A stretch of 57,705 nt of DNA, filler included, from Sphacelaria rigidula (GCA_964200075.2; 6 parts of 6 records of this genome joined end to end with filler, not necessarily neighbours in it), one strand, 5' to 3'; positions 13,201 to 27,007 are shown, counted from the whole stretch's first letter. Numbers and translations: made by a program. Notes: generated by a model from the sequence alone, not told the origin.

Positions 13201-16200
13201 AATTCTCGAGTGAAAGAGACAGCCAGGCGGGTAATGCCAACCAGTGATGACTTGTCCCACCATCTGAGAAAATTCTGGGACACTGTGACTATTTTGGGTG
13301 CATGCAGTTCGACTCCGGGTCAAAGGGAAATCAGGCACGTGTCGGGGGTCCCGGTGTGCACTTTTGGAACGAATAGATTCTACACCACTACATCAAATAC
13401 CGAAACCCGAGACAATCATTGCCCACTCGCACGGGCAGACCATAGCTAGGCCATACATGTACATTCCCCCAGTTACCGGGAAACATGAGGGCACAGGGAG
13501 TACCGTAAGTGTACGTTTGGGGGGGGGGTTGATAAAATGGGGGTATACCCCGTGGATTTATGGGAGTCGACACGATGTTTCAGGGTTACTCAGACGGTCT
13601 CTAGCACGCTCAAGCGTTGCCGACTTTGAAAAGTAGATCCCAAATTCTCACTTCGATCGGCGTTGCGCAGAAGTTCACGATGATTTTCTTCTCAACAGTA
13701 GACGAAGTCATCACGAGGTGGCGCTACCCGTTCGACCGTCTTCTCACGAGGACGATACTGTCCAAGGGCCGAACTCCGCGCTTTTGATCGGTTTGTACAT
13801 ACGGTCCCCTAAACAAAGCCGTTATCTGATACTCAATCCAGTTGAACTCGTTGGATGTCACCTCTACACCAGACTCGAGTTTCAGCTCATCACTGACGAA
13901 AATACACACGTCAGCCGCAATTACTCCAGCTCAGTAGGTCCATATCACGTATAAGTCGTAAACATGTCACTTCGTTCACATTGGGTACATACGTCTTGTG
14001 GATAATGACCATGCCTAGATCCCTCAACTATGACTAGTAAAAGTGCGACAATCAATCGATGGGTTTGTTTATTCTCCTTGTGCACATTGCCCTTGTGGCC
14101 ACGGCTAAATTCGTAACGTACCAGCCAATAATAGATGGCGTGTTTCTTTCCTCTGTATTTCCCGACTGCTACATATACCTCCACTTGTCTTGTCTGGCCA
14201 ACAGCCTCCGCTTTCGCCACCCGCTGCAGCAACTCTACCCGCTCTGTATCCAGTTTCGATCGAGCCAGTCCTAACTCTGCCTTCACTCTCCCTAGCTCTT
14301 CTTCGATTCTGGAACGCAGCTCCATTTCCACGTCTCTCATCTGCGATCGAAACGCCTCTTTTTCGGCCTGGCCCATGACACCGTGCGGGTGGGGAAGAAA
14401 CGAAGGGGGATGCAGCATGAAGTACACGTATTGACAAATTAGATAGGATTACAGTGGTGCATTTGTGCGAAAAACAGCTGAAATGAATTGAAAAACAAAT
14501 GCAAAAGCATGCTTAGTGTACCCTCTTTCCGTAGACGGCAAGCTCTTCGAGCGCACAACGAGAGAGCCCGCTGTGGAGCAGTACTTGCGACGAGGCCCCT
14601 CCGGGTCGCGACGAGCGGCTGTACGGGACAAACAAGGCAGAGGGGACAGTCGAACCCTTACCCTACTGCGATCCTGGTGGAAGATGGCAACAACGAGCAA
14701 CATAGTAGGACTGTCGGAACAACAATCATTCCCAGACGAGGCCTGGCGGTGAAAGGGTTAACTACCTGGTGCGCTTTCCCGCAACCCGTCCGTATCTTCG
14801 GGGAAACTGTTGAGGAGGCACAGAGAATATTCATTCATCTGATCCACTGGGGATTTGTGTCTTGGTGTTTCATCGAGTTATTGGTGTGAGTTGGTCTCAA
14901 GCTTTTCCTGTCTTTTTTTTTTCTGTCATTTGTCGGCACACCTCCCAGCTCACAACCCATCACGGTAAAGATGGATTAAGATTTGTACGAGTTGACTCCT
15001 CACGACATGACAGGGGTGAACCTGTATCCAAGTGTTGGTCCCGCATGCACCCAACGGTGACTAACCTATGCAGTAGTCATCTTAACCGCATACAGATGGG
15101 GAGAAAAGTACGACCGATGCAAAAACCATTTCATGACAGGATTCAACGATGTGCCGACTCTTCGTCCCGCACGGAGACATACGCATGACATAGATATAGA
15201 TACCATTCACGCCTCATGGTAAGTGTGGGTGGCATGTGCAATCGATCAATTCCGCATTTTTCTATAGGGGGTCAACATGTGTTCATGACCTACCCCATAT
15301 GACCTAAAGGGTAGGAACCAGGTGCCGTTGACGGTGTACTGCACGACACAAAAGCTCAAAAACCTATATGAACTACAAATGATGTATGACCCGTATAATT
15401 TATTCGTCGAAATGAGGAACATGAGTTGACTCATGATTTTATTTGTCCTAACCGTGCAACTCATGACAAGTCTGTGCACTGTCGAAGAACAGCTACTGAC
15501 TGCTATGCATCATTATGCACGAAAGAGCATACGACGGAAACATATTTGCCGCGCTGGTTCGAGCAACATTGATTACAAGGCTTACAAACTTCGATTAGCT
15601 GTTCTTCTTGTCCGCCACAAAGTCAGTGGGTCCTTGTACGGTGTACAACTTTTGCAACCCTTCTAAGTGGTTACAGTATGGCAGACAGCTCGCTTCGGGG
15701 GCAAGTGGGTGCCCTCTTGGTGAAGAGAGGTCTCCACATGGACTGCTCGCATGTGACACCCAAAAATGCTTAGAACGATATCAGCCGAGGTGAGGGTAAA
15801 TATCGCCTTCCACGACTTGCACGATGGCGACGGCGTGCCCCCGGGATCAAGGAACTGCCACACCGGGAATATACTCTTGATATATTTGGTTAAGCTACGT
15901 CGTCCGTGCAACAGTTAAAAGTGTCCAGGTTTGTGTGAAATGGCACTCATTATTTACTCTCCTCCCCGATTGCATTTATACATTCCTTACATGTTTTCGC
16001 GAATAGACCCCACGAAATCGTTGGAATCCCTCGAGGGCATGCGTGCGCGAGTAGTTCAAACCTACAGTGAGTGCCACAAGACCACCAAATGCAGCCGCCT
16101 CGGGCGATCAGACGACGCAGTTTGCTTTCGTTTTTGGAGTGATGGATGATCTGAAGCGCCCAACAGCCCATCACAGGGAAGGTTCAGGTCACTCTCGAAA

Positions 16201-17816
16201 ATGTGAAGAGATGCGTTGCACTCATTGTGCGATTTATCGCCCGGGGCGCCAGAATTAGATTGATTCTGTGCCACCACCCAAGCGTGATTTTTGTACCTTT
16301 CTCGCACGATTTTTGTACCACCTGCCCTTGCTTCGCGCGGCTTGCACATGGGATGACTTGGCTCGGAGGACTGCAGCGAAACTCCAAGGTCTAGCCAAAG
16401 CGTGAAGGAGGTCAATGAAAAAATAAAGGGAGACGGCTGCCGCCTATACGCAAACGTAAACGCCTTTACTTGTTGGATCAGTCATGAAAATCAAATTCGT
16501 ACAGAAACTACTTACCGAAAACGTAGAAGATTTTGACTCGACCCAAAGTCATCATCGTGGTATGCTCACGAACGAACAATGTTTGGTCCTCGGGTGGCCG
16601 ACAAAGGCAAGTGGGGGATAGACAAGAAGGTGGTAAACCATTCCGAACTTTGACCAAAAGAGGTAGGCCGAATGTTGGCAAAGAGGAGACTGAAGTTGTC
16701 GTTATAGGCCTACCACATAACCCATCATGTGTGAAGGTAAACCCTTTGTATCAAAGTGTGCTACCGCCGTGGTGAATTTCTTCTTTCCAGCGAAAACCAC
16801 AACCATGCTCGACTCCACTGCACGCTATACCACGCGTATCTAGCTCCTTCCTCCACCATAGAGCTTGCAAGGACAGCTCAGAGGAGTTTGTGCCATGCAA
16901 GACAGCTGCTATTGTATACCGTGCATACTGGCAGTACAGCGAAGGTACGGTGTACTACTGCCGTCGTCTGAAATACTGTTCAACCACACCAGTATCATGT
17001 TTGGATCTCGATCGTCGAAATTGCGCCATCTTGACGTTGCGTACATGTGACAGCCCAGGCAAACTGCTACTGCTATGACGCGTGCCGAACATGACCAGGA
17101 ATCAGAAAAAAAAACAGGTACTATATGCAAAGGATAAAATGACGACACGGTGGAGCAGGCAAGGCAAGAGGGGCACTTCCCAACTGTAGCAGAAAATAGA
17201 GGGTGTACCATCTACGCACGCCGCCAAAAGGGCGTGCGAGTACACCAGCATCTCAAGCGGGGGCGTACCTTGCCATTGATCAACGCCGTTTTCACTGCTG
17301 TTTCTTCCCTTCAATCAACGGTTTTGGTGACAGCACCGAAGGTTCAGGGACCAGAGTGGGTGATAAAACTTAGCGTGTACCCTTGTGAGCTTGCATTCTG
17401 AAACCTCTTGTATGGTGTATCTCTTCTCAACCAAAGTTTGGCGGTGTGGGGGTTATATATGCCCTGTTTCATCTCTTTCCCAAGTCACTGCTCAAAACAA
17501 GCCCTCAACTGTCAAAGTGCGGGGGCGGGGGGGTGGTTGGGAGAGGGTGAAGACAAAGACAGTAGTCGACGCCCTACCCTGATACGAGTACACCCATTTC
17601 ATCGTGTGGAATGCGGAGCTGATGATATAGCGCGCAGAAGCACTCATTGACAATACATTACATGCGAATGTGCGTTCAATTGACGGAATTACTGGAGCAA
17701 GACCTCATTGCATGGCACGTGAGTTGCCTCACGTTGTGCGTTTCCTCTCTCTGTCGAAGGCAAGCAGCCTCTGCTGCCAGTCGCTCCTCCCATCTTGCGA
17801 CCCGGCCCATCTCCGC
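10243..17816 (-). CDS. Multi-exon gene fragment encoding a coiled-coil protein of unknown identity
   Basis: AG/GT-bounded exons: 17816-17733 (AEMGRVARWEERLAAEAACLRQREETHN), 14618-14522 (tentative), 14367-14179 (AEKEAFRSQMRDVEMELRSRIEEELGRVKAELGLARSKLDTERVELLQRVAKAE...), 11476-11329 (AESARAEMAAYRSKLDAEKAALDTRIALLA...), 10376-10243 (AREESRRVADEARRVREAESSAMEREAKAEAKWEE...). Phases of the last four join correctly. Exons between 17733 and 14618 were not resolved. Confidence 0.7.
12200..13350 (+). mobile_element. Highly decayed Ty3/Gypsy pol relic (RNase H / integrase-like) in an intron
   Basis: Frameshifted blocks resemble RNase H (VGAPVVLT..., LQYRWFCRS) and integrase core (IYLLSVRV..., MFRRFGG..., SHHLRKFWDTVTILGACSSTPGQREI). 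Recognised by eye only. Confidence 0.4.
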
Positions 17817-17886
17817 CTGAATGGGGAAGTAAGGAAGTATGGACACGAGGAACACTTCGTAAATACCGCATGGTATTGCTGCATAC

Positions 17887-18135
17887 TGTGGCGAAATCAC
17901 GCCGTCACGGTTGAGTAGATAGTGGATCCTGGATGATGACCAGGGGACAAGGGCATCCTGTGAATGATGACCCTTGCTGTGTAGCCCAGGCCTGATGGTT
18001 GGCTGCAGGTGTTTACTCCGAAATAATGATAAGGTGTTGTAGAGGCTGACAACTGAGACCTTGAGGCCAGTGGAGCTGGGGAGTCCCTCAACAGCATTTA
18101 GACGCTGCAGTACTAGCAAACCTGCTAGCGTCACA
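17887..18135 (+). mobile_element. 5' LTR of Ty3/Gypsy retrotransposon (same family as 861-1114)
   Basis: TGTGGCGAAATCACGCCGTCAC...GACGCTGCAGTACTAGCAAACCTGCTAGCGTCACA is collinear with 861-1114. Followed by a leader and a gag-like ORF. Confidence 0.85.
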
Positions 18136-18442
18136 AAATATATAGTGCTAGTGCTTGGCGTGCTAGTATGTGCTATCGTTTGAGGCTGCTGAATATTTTA
18201 GCAGGAAGAGTCTGGACAACTAGTGATTAGCTTCGGGTACAGCGCTTCACGGGCGCGTGAGGAGGCTTCAAGCTGAGGTAGCTGAAAAGGTGCCTGGCCC
18301 GTGGTTGATCCAGACTGGAGACTTGCTGGAGCTGCGTACAGCGGGTGTTTATACGACCCCAGGGCTGTGTTAGAGCGGCGAAGCAAGCAGGTGTGATCTG
18401 AAGTTCCACAAGGTTTGAGAGATCTTCGATTTAGGCTCAAGA

Positions 18443-19170
18443 ATGTCGACTATGGAGGTACCGACAATAGAGCCAGCAGAAACAAGCGTAACCGCAGTCG
18501 TTCTAAGGGAAGAGTTGCGGCCGCCCACTTACGGGAGTTTGTATTCTGAGGGTGCCTCTCGATCGTTTTGCACGAGATACATGGAATACAAAAGGAGAGT
18601 GGAGCATGCGAATGCAGGGGGTGCGGTGAGGCATCAGGTGGTTTCTATGGCGCAACTGGTGCCTACCCCTTTGCAACGCGTCTTCGCGAGAAGATTCCAC
18701 GAAGAACATACCATAACGCCGCTGCAGTTGGCCGCAGCGATAAAAAAGCACGCAGGGCATGCGGCAGGAGCGGAGGTAGAGCTTACTCGGGCGTCCGCGG
18801 CCGTGGCGAAGGCTGTCGCAATGAAGTACAAGGGGAGGACCATGCGTGAGAGGGTGCAGCCCATAATGGGTAGGTTGGAAACGTATTTTGCGGAAAATCG
18901 CAACGTAGAGTTGATTCATCGTTCGTTCGATGGAAAATTTTGCCCAGGGCCCGCTGCGGTGGTCACCAAAGCGATGGTGGAGGGTCTGGTACCGGCGGAA
19001 TTTAAGCAGGCCGTGCTTGTACAGTGACAGCACGAAACAAGTTGGAAGTCGGACCCCTGTTTAGTCATGGATACCGTGGTGGCTGAGGCTCAGGCATGGC
19101 GGCGCGTCGAAGTATTCGGAAAATCATCCACTTCGTCGCCGCAGTCTTCGAGCTCGCGTAACCGCGGATC
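18443..19170 (+). pseudogene. Gag-like ORF of the LTR element, with an in-frame stop at 19025-19027 and truncated by the contig end
   Basis: 194-aa ATG ORF about 300 bp after the 5' LTR. Coding-like frame continues after the TGA (QHETSWKSDPCLVMDTVVAEAQAWRRVE...). Gag identity is inferred from position. Confidence 0.65.
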
Positions 19171-20566
19171 NNNNNNNNNNNNNNNNNNNNNNNNNNNNNN
19201 NNNNNNNNNNNNNNTTAATTAATTAANNNNNNNNNNNNNNNNNNNNNNNNNNNNNNNNNNNNNNNNNNNNGGAGAGATGGGTTGATCCCTTGAGACGACG
19301 GACTCATCCCGAGGAAGGGGAGGGGTTCAAAGTGCGACGAAAAACCTCGTGTGGTTCTTATAGTAGTGTTGAGCTCCTGTATCGACATATCCATGAATGG
19401 TGCTATCGTCATGATTAATACGCAAGTTTCTGCGTTCCTCACGTGTCGACGTGTGATGTGCACGGCAATACGTTGGCTCTACTCATCACGGGAAGGCATG
19501 TGACGATACGGAGAGAAGAGGCAGGGAGACATACAGTACAATCTCCGTCAGCGATTCTTTGAGGAGTATGTAGGTGGGAGCGATACCCTGTCCGCTGGTA
19601 TTGGTCGAAAAGGCCGACGTTTCAAACCATCAGGAAAGTTTGGTCGATCGCACCCCAAAGGGGACGAAAAAGCACGATTTGCTTTGAACGGAATTGTTTG
19701 AACGTCGATTACTCCAGCCGCGACCCTCGTATCGTTTCACGACGCCGAACGCGGTTGACAAAATTGTAAAAACAGGTAAATCTGTGGTCTGGCGCGAAAC
19801 TCGACCCACTTGCCATCATCGACCTCATGACAACGCCCTCGATCGCCGGCTTGCGACAGGTTGGTTACGTTGGTTACTCACCCGTCGGTTCTGTGTATCT
19901 TTTTGACGCCCTTCTTGATCAACCCGCGCAGACACGTGAAGGCACTCACCTTACTGCAGATTGTATTTGTTATTTGTACCTTGGTGGAGAGGCTTGGTTT
20001 TTCGTCCAGCAAACCGCTTTCCCCTATACGTGTCGGCGCCCATTTGTCCACACACGTTTTGCACCGTTGGAATTTCTAGCCTAAATTTGACGAAAATCAG
20101 ACGTGAGTGCAGATGCCCACGTCTACCCACAGTACAGTGCCAAGCAATTGGGCGAGGAGGTAACCCTCAGGCTCAGTCAACTTGCACTCTAGCTTCACTG
20201 GCCGAAAGTGTCATGGGTCCACCATTGAAAATAGCTCGTCGGTGATGCCGTAGAAACGGTCGGATACCAACCGGCTAGAGACAATTTCTTCCAGTAGCAT
20301 CATCGTCGGTGTTCCCCGTACTCATCCCCTGTTGTCAAAGTGCATGGCGAGCGTTCAAACCGACCAATTCAGGGTACAAGCGGGGTGATCCTTTGACATC
20401 TTACTGCTTAGTGTGAACGCAGTTGTACAAGAAGTGACTGACTGACTTTTGTTCCTTTTCGGGACCATCGGTTCTCCACGACAGATGGTTGTGTTTCTTA
20501 TGCATTCGTTTTTCAAACAAGAGACTACCGGGGAACAGATGGGTTGGTCCCTCGAGACCATCAGAG

Positions 20567-20648
20567 CATTAGACCATTAGACCATTAGACCATTAGACCA
20601 TTAGACCATTAGACCATTAGACCATTAGACCATTAGACCATTAGACCA
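20567..20648. repeat. (ACCATTAG)n 8-bp tandem repeat, about 10 copies
   Basis: Perfect array read directly from the sequence. Confidence 0.95.
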
Positions 20649-20820
20649 CGAACTCGTCCCCAGGAAGGGAAGGGGTTGGGAATGTGAAAAAAAAATGCAT
20701 ACCCCGGCAGGAGTCGACGTTACTTTCCCGCCAACCTGCAAGCGTCATAGGTCCTGTTCGCAGAGTTTGTGGCCCAACTTGATTGAGGTGCTGTTTCAAC
20801 TATCTCTGTCGGTTTTTCAG

Positions 20821-22241
20821 GTTCGTTCGGTGTGCCTATCCGCAGACGCTGCAAAAGTCCTCGTCGGCACGCTGGGCAGCGACATCCTCGAGCTAGCTGC
20901 CGTTGAGATGCCCAAGAACCTCGACGGTGAGAGCCGCTACTCACACTCTGAATGTTAAACTTTCTTTGAAAGTCATCATAGTAACATACTGTAGAACGCC
21001 TCCCTCGGAGATTATCTTGAATACCTATGTTGAGCATTTAATTTCACCTTTTGATACTGATGCCGACATTTATCAAAGACGAAGAAGAGGTCGAAGAGCC
21101 CGGGGCAGACGAGGGCGGAGAAGGGGAAGATGCAGCAGTGAAATCTTCAGGAATCGGACGAGTCCTGAACGATGGGAAGCCGTTGGCAAGCGGACATTGT
21201 CAGGGAATGTTGGGTCAGGAAGGCATCGATGGCGAACTGCGCAGTGTGGATGTTTCGCCACAGGGGGTAGGTCCAACCTGCGGGGGTATCGTGGTCTGCG
21301 AGTCGTTCGTGTGCATCTTTCCCTCTCTGAGCATAACGTGTCGGCGTTTTTGTACCGTGAAGAATCTCTCCGAGCATACCTCTCCCACCCTGTTTGTAAC
21401 CGCTACTTTAGTCCCTAGGAACGGCTGTATACCGATGTATGAAGTATTTTGAAGAAAGAACAAGCAGCAAAACATTGGGTATTGGTTCTTCTTCCATTTC
21501 TCCCACGCACTGCGTTTCATTTCTTGATGGTCAGGACCAGGGACGGTCAGGACCAGGGGTAACTTCGTCGTTGTATGCGTGGGTACATACGTGCATCTCA
21601 CTGTGAATGAAAAGAAAGACCACTGCTCTAAAGCTTCTTGCGGCCATGAAACAAACACTTCCGTGTGTTCTCTACAGTATTTCAAAGTCTAGCCCTTCTA
21701 TACATGCCGCGGTACACTTGTTCCCTGCTGGATCAAGGATCAATTCGTGACCGTCGGCGACGATGGCACGGTGCGAGTGTGGTCCAACGCCGAAAAAAAA
21801 CTCATCAGGGCGCTCAACCTTGGGTAAGTCGTGCATAGCGTATCAGCGCCACACACCCATAAGATTTGCACTCTCCACTGCGGACTACAATCGGCAAATG
21901 TGTGCGCACTCGTAGTGACTTCTTCTGTATCTTTGAAGGAAGAAATAGCTATTTCGTTGCTGTCCAGAGTATCTCAACAGTTTATACTCCCTTCGCTGGT
22001 CAAACTCCAGTTTGAAAAACCTTGTCGGTTCAGATCCTGACCGTGGAGTATTCTCAATACTGCAGCATCCCGGATTTCTGATGCCCGTAAAAGTGAGATC
22101 TCAACAGACTGCTTAGTGTGAACTAATAATCTCATAGCGGAATGCAAGTACCGGAGGAGGAGTGGATCTATTGGGTGAGACTACGGATTCGGGCTCGTCC
22201 TGGACAAGAAGGGAACCTTGAAGTACAAGGGCGACAAAAAT

Positions 22242-22299
<58 letters not shown>

Positions 22300-25200
22300 T
22301 TTCCTTGTAATGATTCGTCGACCGAAGGCAAGGCAAAACACGGGCTGCCACCAGTCGGCAGTCTTGCTTTCCACATGACCGGCCAGCCAAAACAATGATT
22401 GAGATCAACGACCAGAATCCCCGACGGCCTATTCGGCCGTTCTAATCACAGTTTTACAATGTTCCAACCGTTTTTCGTTCCTGACAAAATATGGAGTTTA
22501 TCGCACCGCGCACGCTTTGGTGAACGGCGTTTGTATGTGTCGGTTTTCGCGGAAGACTACCACAGTGCGTCAAAACGGCAAAATTCAAACCCCCTTCATC
22601 ATTGAACGACTTTAATGTGTTTGTTACCTCTGCATTGTCGACGGAAACGCCAGGTCCCCGGCCCTTTCGGTTGCCTTTTCACCAGACGCTACGTTCATCG
22701 CAGTGGGTTTACAAGGGGGAGGCGTGTCGGTTCTGAAGCCATCCGAAGATGATCCGTCTATTCTTGTCTTGGAGCAGGTGTGGGAAATCATTTTCAGATT
22801 ATGAATCGCACCATGGGTGCAGCAATTCTCTCGGGTCCTGCGCAGGGCTTTGCTTGAAAGAAGTATGGCTGTCACCATTCTATTAACACCCCAAACATAC
22901 CACATGTGCCGCTTGTCGTGTAGAGTATTTGACATTCAAGTATTAAATAATTGTTTTTTCCCCGATGCTCTGGAAAACCCGATCAACATACATATATTTC
23001 GGAAATGATGATAAATATCAAGTATTTTCTCAAGTTGAAAATGAATGCAGGTACAATACAGCAAATGACAACCCTAGACGTCCTTTTGCTTTGCCGGGGT
23101 GGCGAGGGGTTGCCACGCATATTGTGATACGTGCTGGCGGCGTTCGTAGTTCGTCGGAACGGTGGTATGCGTTACTGTTCTAAGCTAATTGTTCCGTACA
23201 CCTTTTGTCGACGAGCTTTGAGATGTACACATTCGAGTTACGAAATTTCGAACGTGGAAAACATGGAAAAACTTAATTTTTGGTCGATGAGTGGGCCAGG
23301 GGAGGGGGAAAGGAGGGGCGGGGGGACGCTACCACAGGTGCCTAAGAAATATGATACGAGCTCCCTTGGCGCTGCTCTTGTTTTATTGGCGATGCTCCAA
23401 AGTTTCCGGCATCTTTCAGCTATACAGAAAGCGTCCTACACCAATCCTTAACTCAACCATATTTTACCCCTCCCCTGGTGACATTTCAGAGTCTTGATGG
23501 CTTCAAGGCTTCGACCTCCAGAGCATCGTGCGTCCGTTTTTCGCCTACCGGTGGCGTCTTGGCCGCGGGTAGCAGCGACGGTACTCTCAAGACGTGGTGC
23601 ACGGTGGAGAGAGAGTGGGAATCCGCCGGATTATGTGACCGCCTGGTGAGCTGCTGCCACCATGCTGGTCCCCTGTATGTGATCTTCAGCAACACTGTAT
23701 ATGGAAACTCAATTCAGTTTGATTTTCACACAAATGGATCCGTTACTTGACCTACAAGCACGTTCCACGCTGTTTCATGGCAACGTGTGTGATGGTTCGC
23801 CAGTAGTATTGTATTCATTTCGTGAATACTATTGTACAGTACCCCAGCATTCGTCTATGGTGAAGATTGCAGGGATCAAGATAGTGCACGCGCGCGCCAA
23901 AAACGATGAGCTGGATATATTATTTTTGTGGAAATGCTACACCGATGAAGCAAGCTTTTTCGGCAGCTTGTTCAGTCGTGCCAACCGTTCATCAGCCATT
24001 TACAAGAAGGGCCTTCAATAAAGTTCAGGCACCGCAAAAGAGCAAAGTGACTGTAATAAGAATGTTCGTAATGGTGTGCGTCCACTCTACATCTACCACC
24101 AAAGGCACAAAGCTCCTACCCAGGGTGAGATCGTCCTTAATCTATTTCACTGTGTCAGTCTCACCACAGTGCAGTTAACGAGACCTATGCCAGCTTCATT
24201 CCGTCCGCGCTCGACCATGCTTCCTCCCTTGGTATTCCGTCTGATCAGGTACCCGGAGCGATCTTGAATATGGACTTCACGGTAGACGGAGAGTTTGTGA
24301 TGATCAACTCGGCGACTATGGACATGGCCATTGCCAACGCTGAGACGTGCAAAAAGGCCTCGCAGCAGGAGTTCAAAATTCTACGGTGAGACAACGGCAA
24401 AACAAAACTTGAAACGGAGTAATGAGGGCTGGAAGAACCTCCTCGCTCAATGAGAATGAAAGATATTCCTTGCACGTCTATATTCGCTTTCCGTCTCGTT
24501 GGATGGACTGGAATCATTTTCGACTACCGTTCGCAGCCAACGTTTAGGAATTCCAAACCGCGTACCCCGTGGCCTTCGAGATTGATCGTGCCTCATCCAT
24601 CAGTGAGGTTGAGGGTTCGTTTGTTGATCCTTGAACTTCCTTGCAAAGCTTCGGGGAGACGTCAGAGTTAGTGTTCCGTAGAACGAATGGCCTGCGGAAG
24701 TGCGGAGAGTAAGCGAGGAGAACGCTCGAAAGACTCTGCCCATTGTCACTTCATTCTTCGGTTATCGCTTTGTTTCCGTCTGGCCTCTCTACCAGAGGTC
24801 ATGCGACAGACGTCTGCTGTTATTCTTCTTGTTCTTACGTCACTGTGTGTGTGTTTTCCCTTCTTAACAGTCCATTATCTCCCCTCTCTCGAGCTTTCTT
24901 CGCTAGTTTCCCGTTTATTTACCTTCTGTGCGGTTATGGTGCGACCGTCGTGAGGTTTGCGGTGAATGACGTGATGTGCGATAACCGATAAATCAATTCA
25001 TCAATTGATTCATTGTTAACGAGCGAGTGCGATTGTCACCCCGCCGTGATATGATGCAAGACGGGCATCAAGAAATTCGTACTTGATCTATCGTAACCCC
25101 GACTTTTCAGCTATGATGCCATCGCGATAAAACCCCCCAAGAACAAACCTCGACGAAACCAACTATGAGCTAATTGTACAAAGCCTCGGTGCTCTTTGTC

Positions 25201-26975
25201 AATCCTTGCATCTTGCAGGGGCGAGGGGGAAGCTCCAGATTCAGCGGCGTGGGCTACGTCTACGTGCACCATGACCAACGGGAAACAGGTGCCGTACACA
25301 ACTCAACATCCGTGTTGGAGAGCCGGGTAATATGGTGTGCCCATACTGTAAGCAATAGGTGAAAACGGCTGAAGACCAGAACTTGGTAGGTGGCTATATA
25401 CCACGGCCACAAAACGAGCTTCTTCCGGTGGTGGTTCATTCATTTAGGGCTCGGCTGGGGTGGGAATCACGTCGTAGCTGCACAAAATATTCTTTTTCAG
25501 AGCCATGCCCCAAAATTACAGGAGTTGGTCAACGCAAGCTTTAGATGGCACGGCGTCTATTTTTTTCAGCGGCATTTCTGTTGTGGAATCACGGAGGAGA
25601 TACTCACATATTCCGATATCTCGTAGAATCAGATGTGTAGTCTTGTTAGTAGCGGAAACAACGCTCAGTCGTGACATCACTTTACCAATACATTACCAAG
25701 ACCGGAGACGTAAAACTGCAAGATACAATATCATATGACATGAAACGAATATTATTGGCAGCTGCAGATATTTGCTACGTAAAAGTACAGGTAGATCCGT
25801 TTAGACGCCGGTGGAACAGGCTATTGCCATCTGAAGCCAACACTCAGCTCGCCCCCTGACCACGGCCACCGCACCCACACTCTGTTCTCCGACTCGAACC
25901 CCGCCCTACCTAAACCACAGGCCGCATGGGCATCAATGCTACTGAGGGGTGGGGGTGCCGACACTTCCCCCCACCTCGTGGCCGACCCTGCCGAATCCAA
26001 TACGGTGACAGGGTCCGACCTGGTGAAGGGAGGCGAAATACCGGTGTTGCTTGCGTCGGATGCTCTCGGTCGCATTGGCCTTCTGCGGTACCCCGCTGAC
26101 TTTCCAGAGACCCCAATAATCCCCGTGGTCGAGCCTGCGTCTGGTGAGAACAGTGTTCGAGCGTTGGAGAGTGGGGAAGAGGGAAACGACCACATGTGTC
26201 CAGATACTGGAAATTTCATATGGATTAATGAAGAACGCGAGGTCGGAGCAAGCAATACTGGGGAAGTAAAAGTTAAATGATGCCTACTGCTAAGTCCGAG
26301 GTTGGACTTCCCCTCCCTTCTTTAAGACTTAAATGCCTCTCGTCCTCAAATCATTGCCTGGCGAGAGACCAGGCACTAGAACCAGGGCGGGGGAGGGGGC
26401 TCGAAATATTGGCGTTTAAGACGTGAACATGGCAACATCCGGACGCGTCTGGCATGAGATCAGAACTGCTAGGTGGTCTGCGGTAATGAGATATCCCTTA
26501 TTTCAGGCGTACCGGCTGATTGATTAACTGATTGATTGTTGAGCACTAACTGATGATTATCCAACAAGATAGGCATGCTCAGGATGAACAAAAAGGGAGG
26601 GCCCGCTGAACAAAGGGAAGAGTGCAAAAAACGATGGAACACGCAAAGCGTTGACTGACAAGCCAAAAACAAAACAAAACGAAACAACGAGATCGGAACG
26701 AACAAGGAAGGGGCAAACAGAAGCGAATTATGCAGAAAACAAAACAACGTGAAGAACAGGAGCGAACAAGAGCACGAAGCAAACGTAAGCGCAGAGGAAA
26801 AAGCAAAAGCAAAAGCAAAAGCAAAAGCAAAAGCAAAAGCAAAACATAAGCAGAAACATCAAAAACAAAAAACATAACGAAACAAAACAATACAAAACAA
26901 AAACAACAAAAACGATCAAAACAGAAACGGAAGCGAGACAAGAACAGAAAAACAAAAATGGAAACAAGAAAAACG

Positions 26976-27007
<32 letters not shown>

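Noticed and set aside
861-18135. One 17-kb LTR element bounded by the two similar LTRs
   Set aside because: The first is a 3' LTR (after integrase and PPT) and the second a 5' LTR (before gag). They are on different contigs and have no shared TSD.
20567-20648. Interstitial telomere
   Set aside because: The ACCATTAG unit does not match TTAGGG or TTTAGGG-type repeats.
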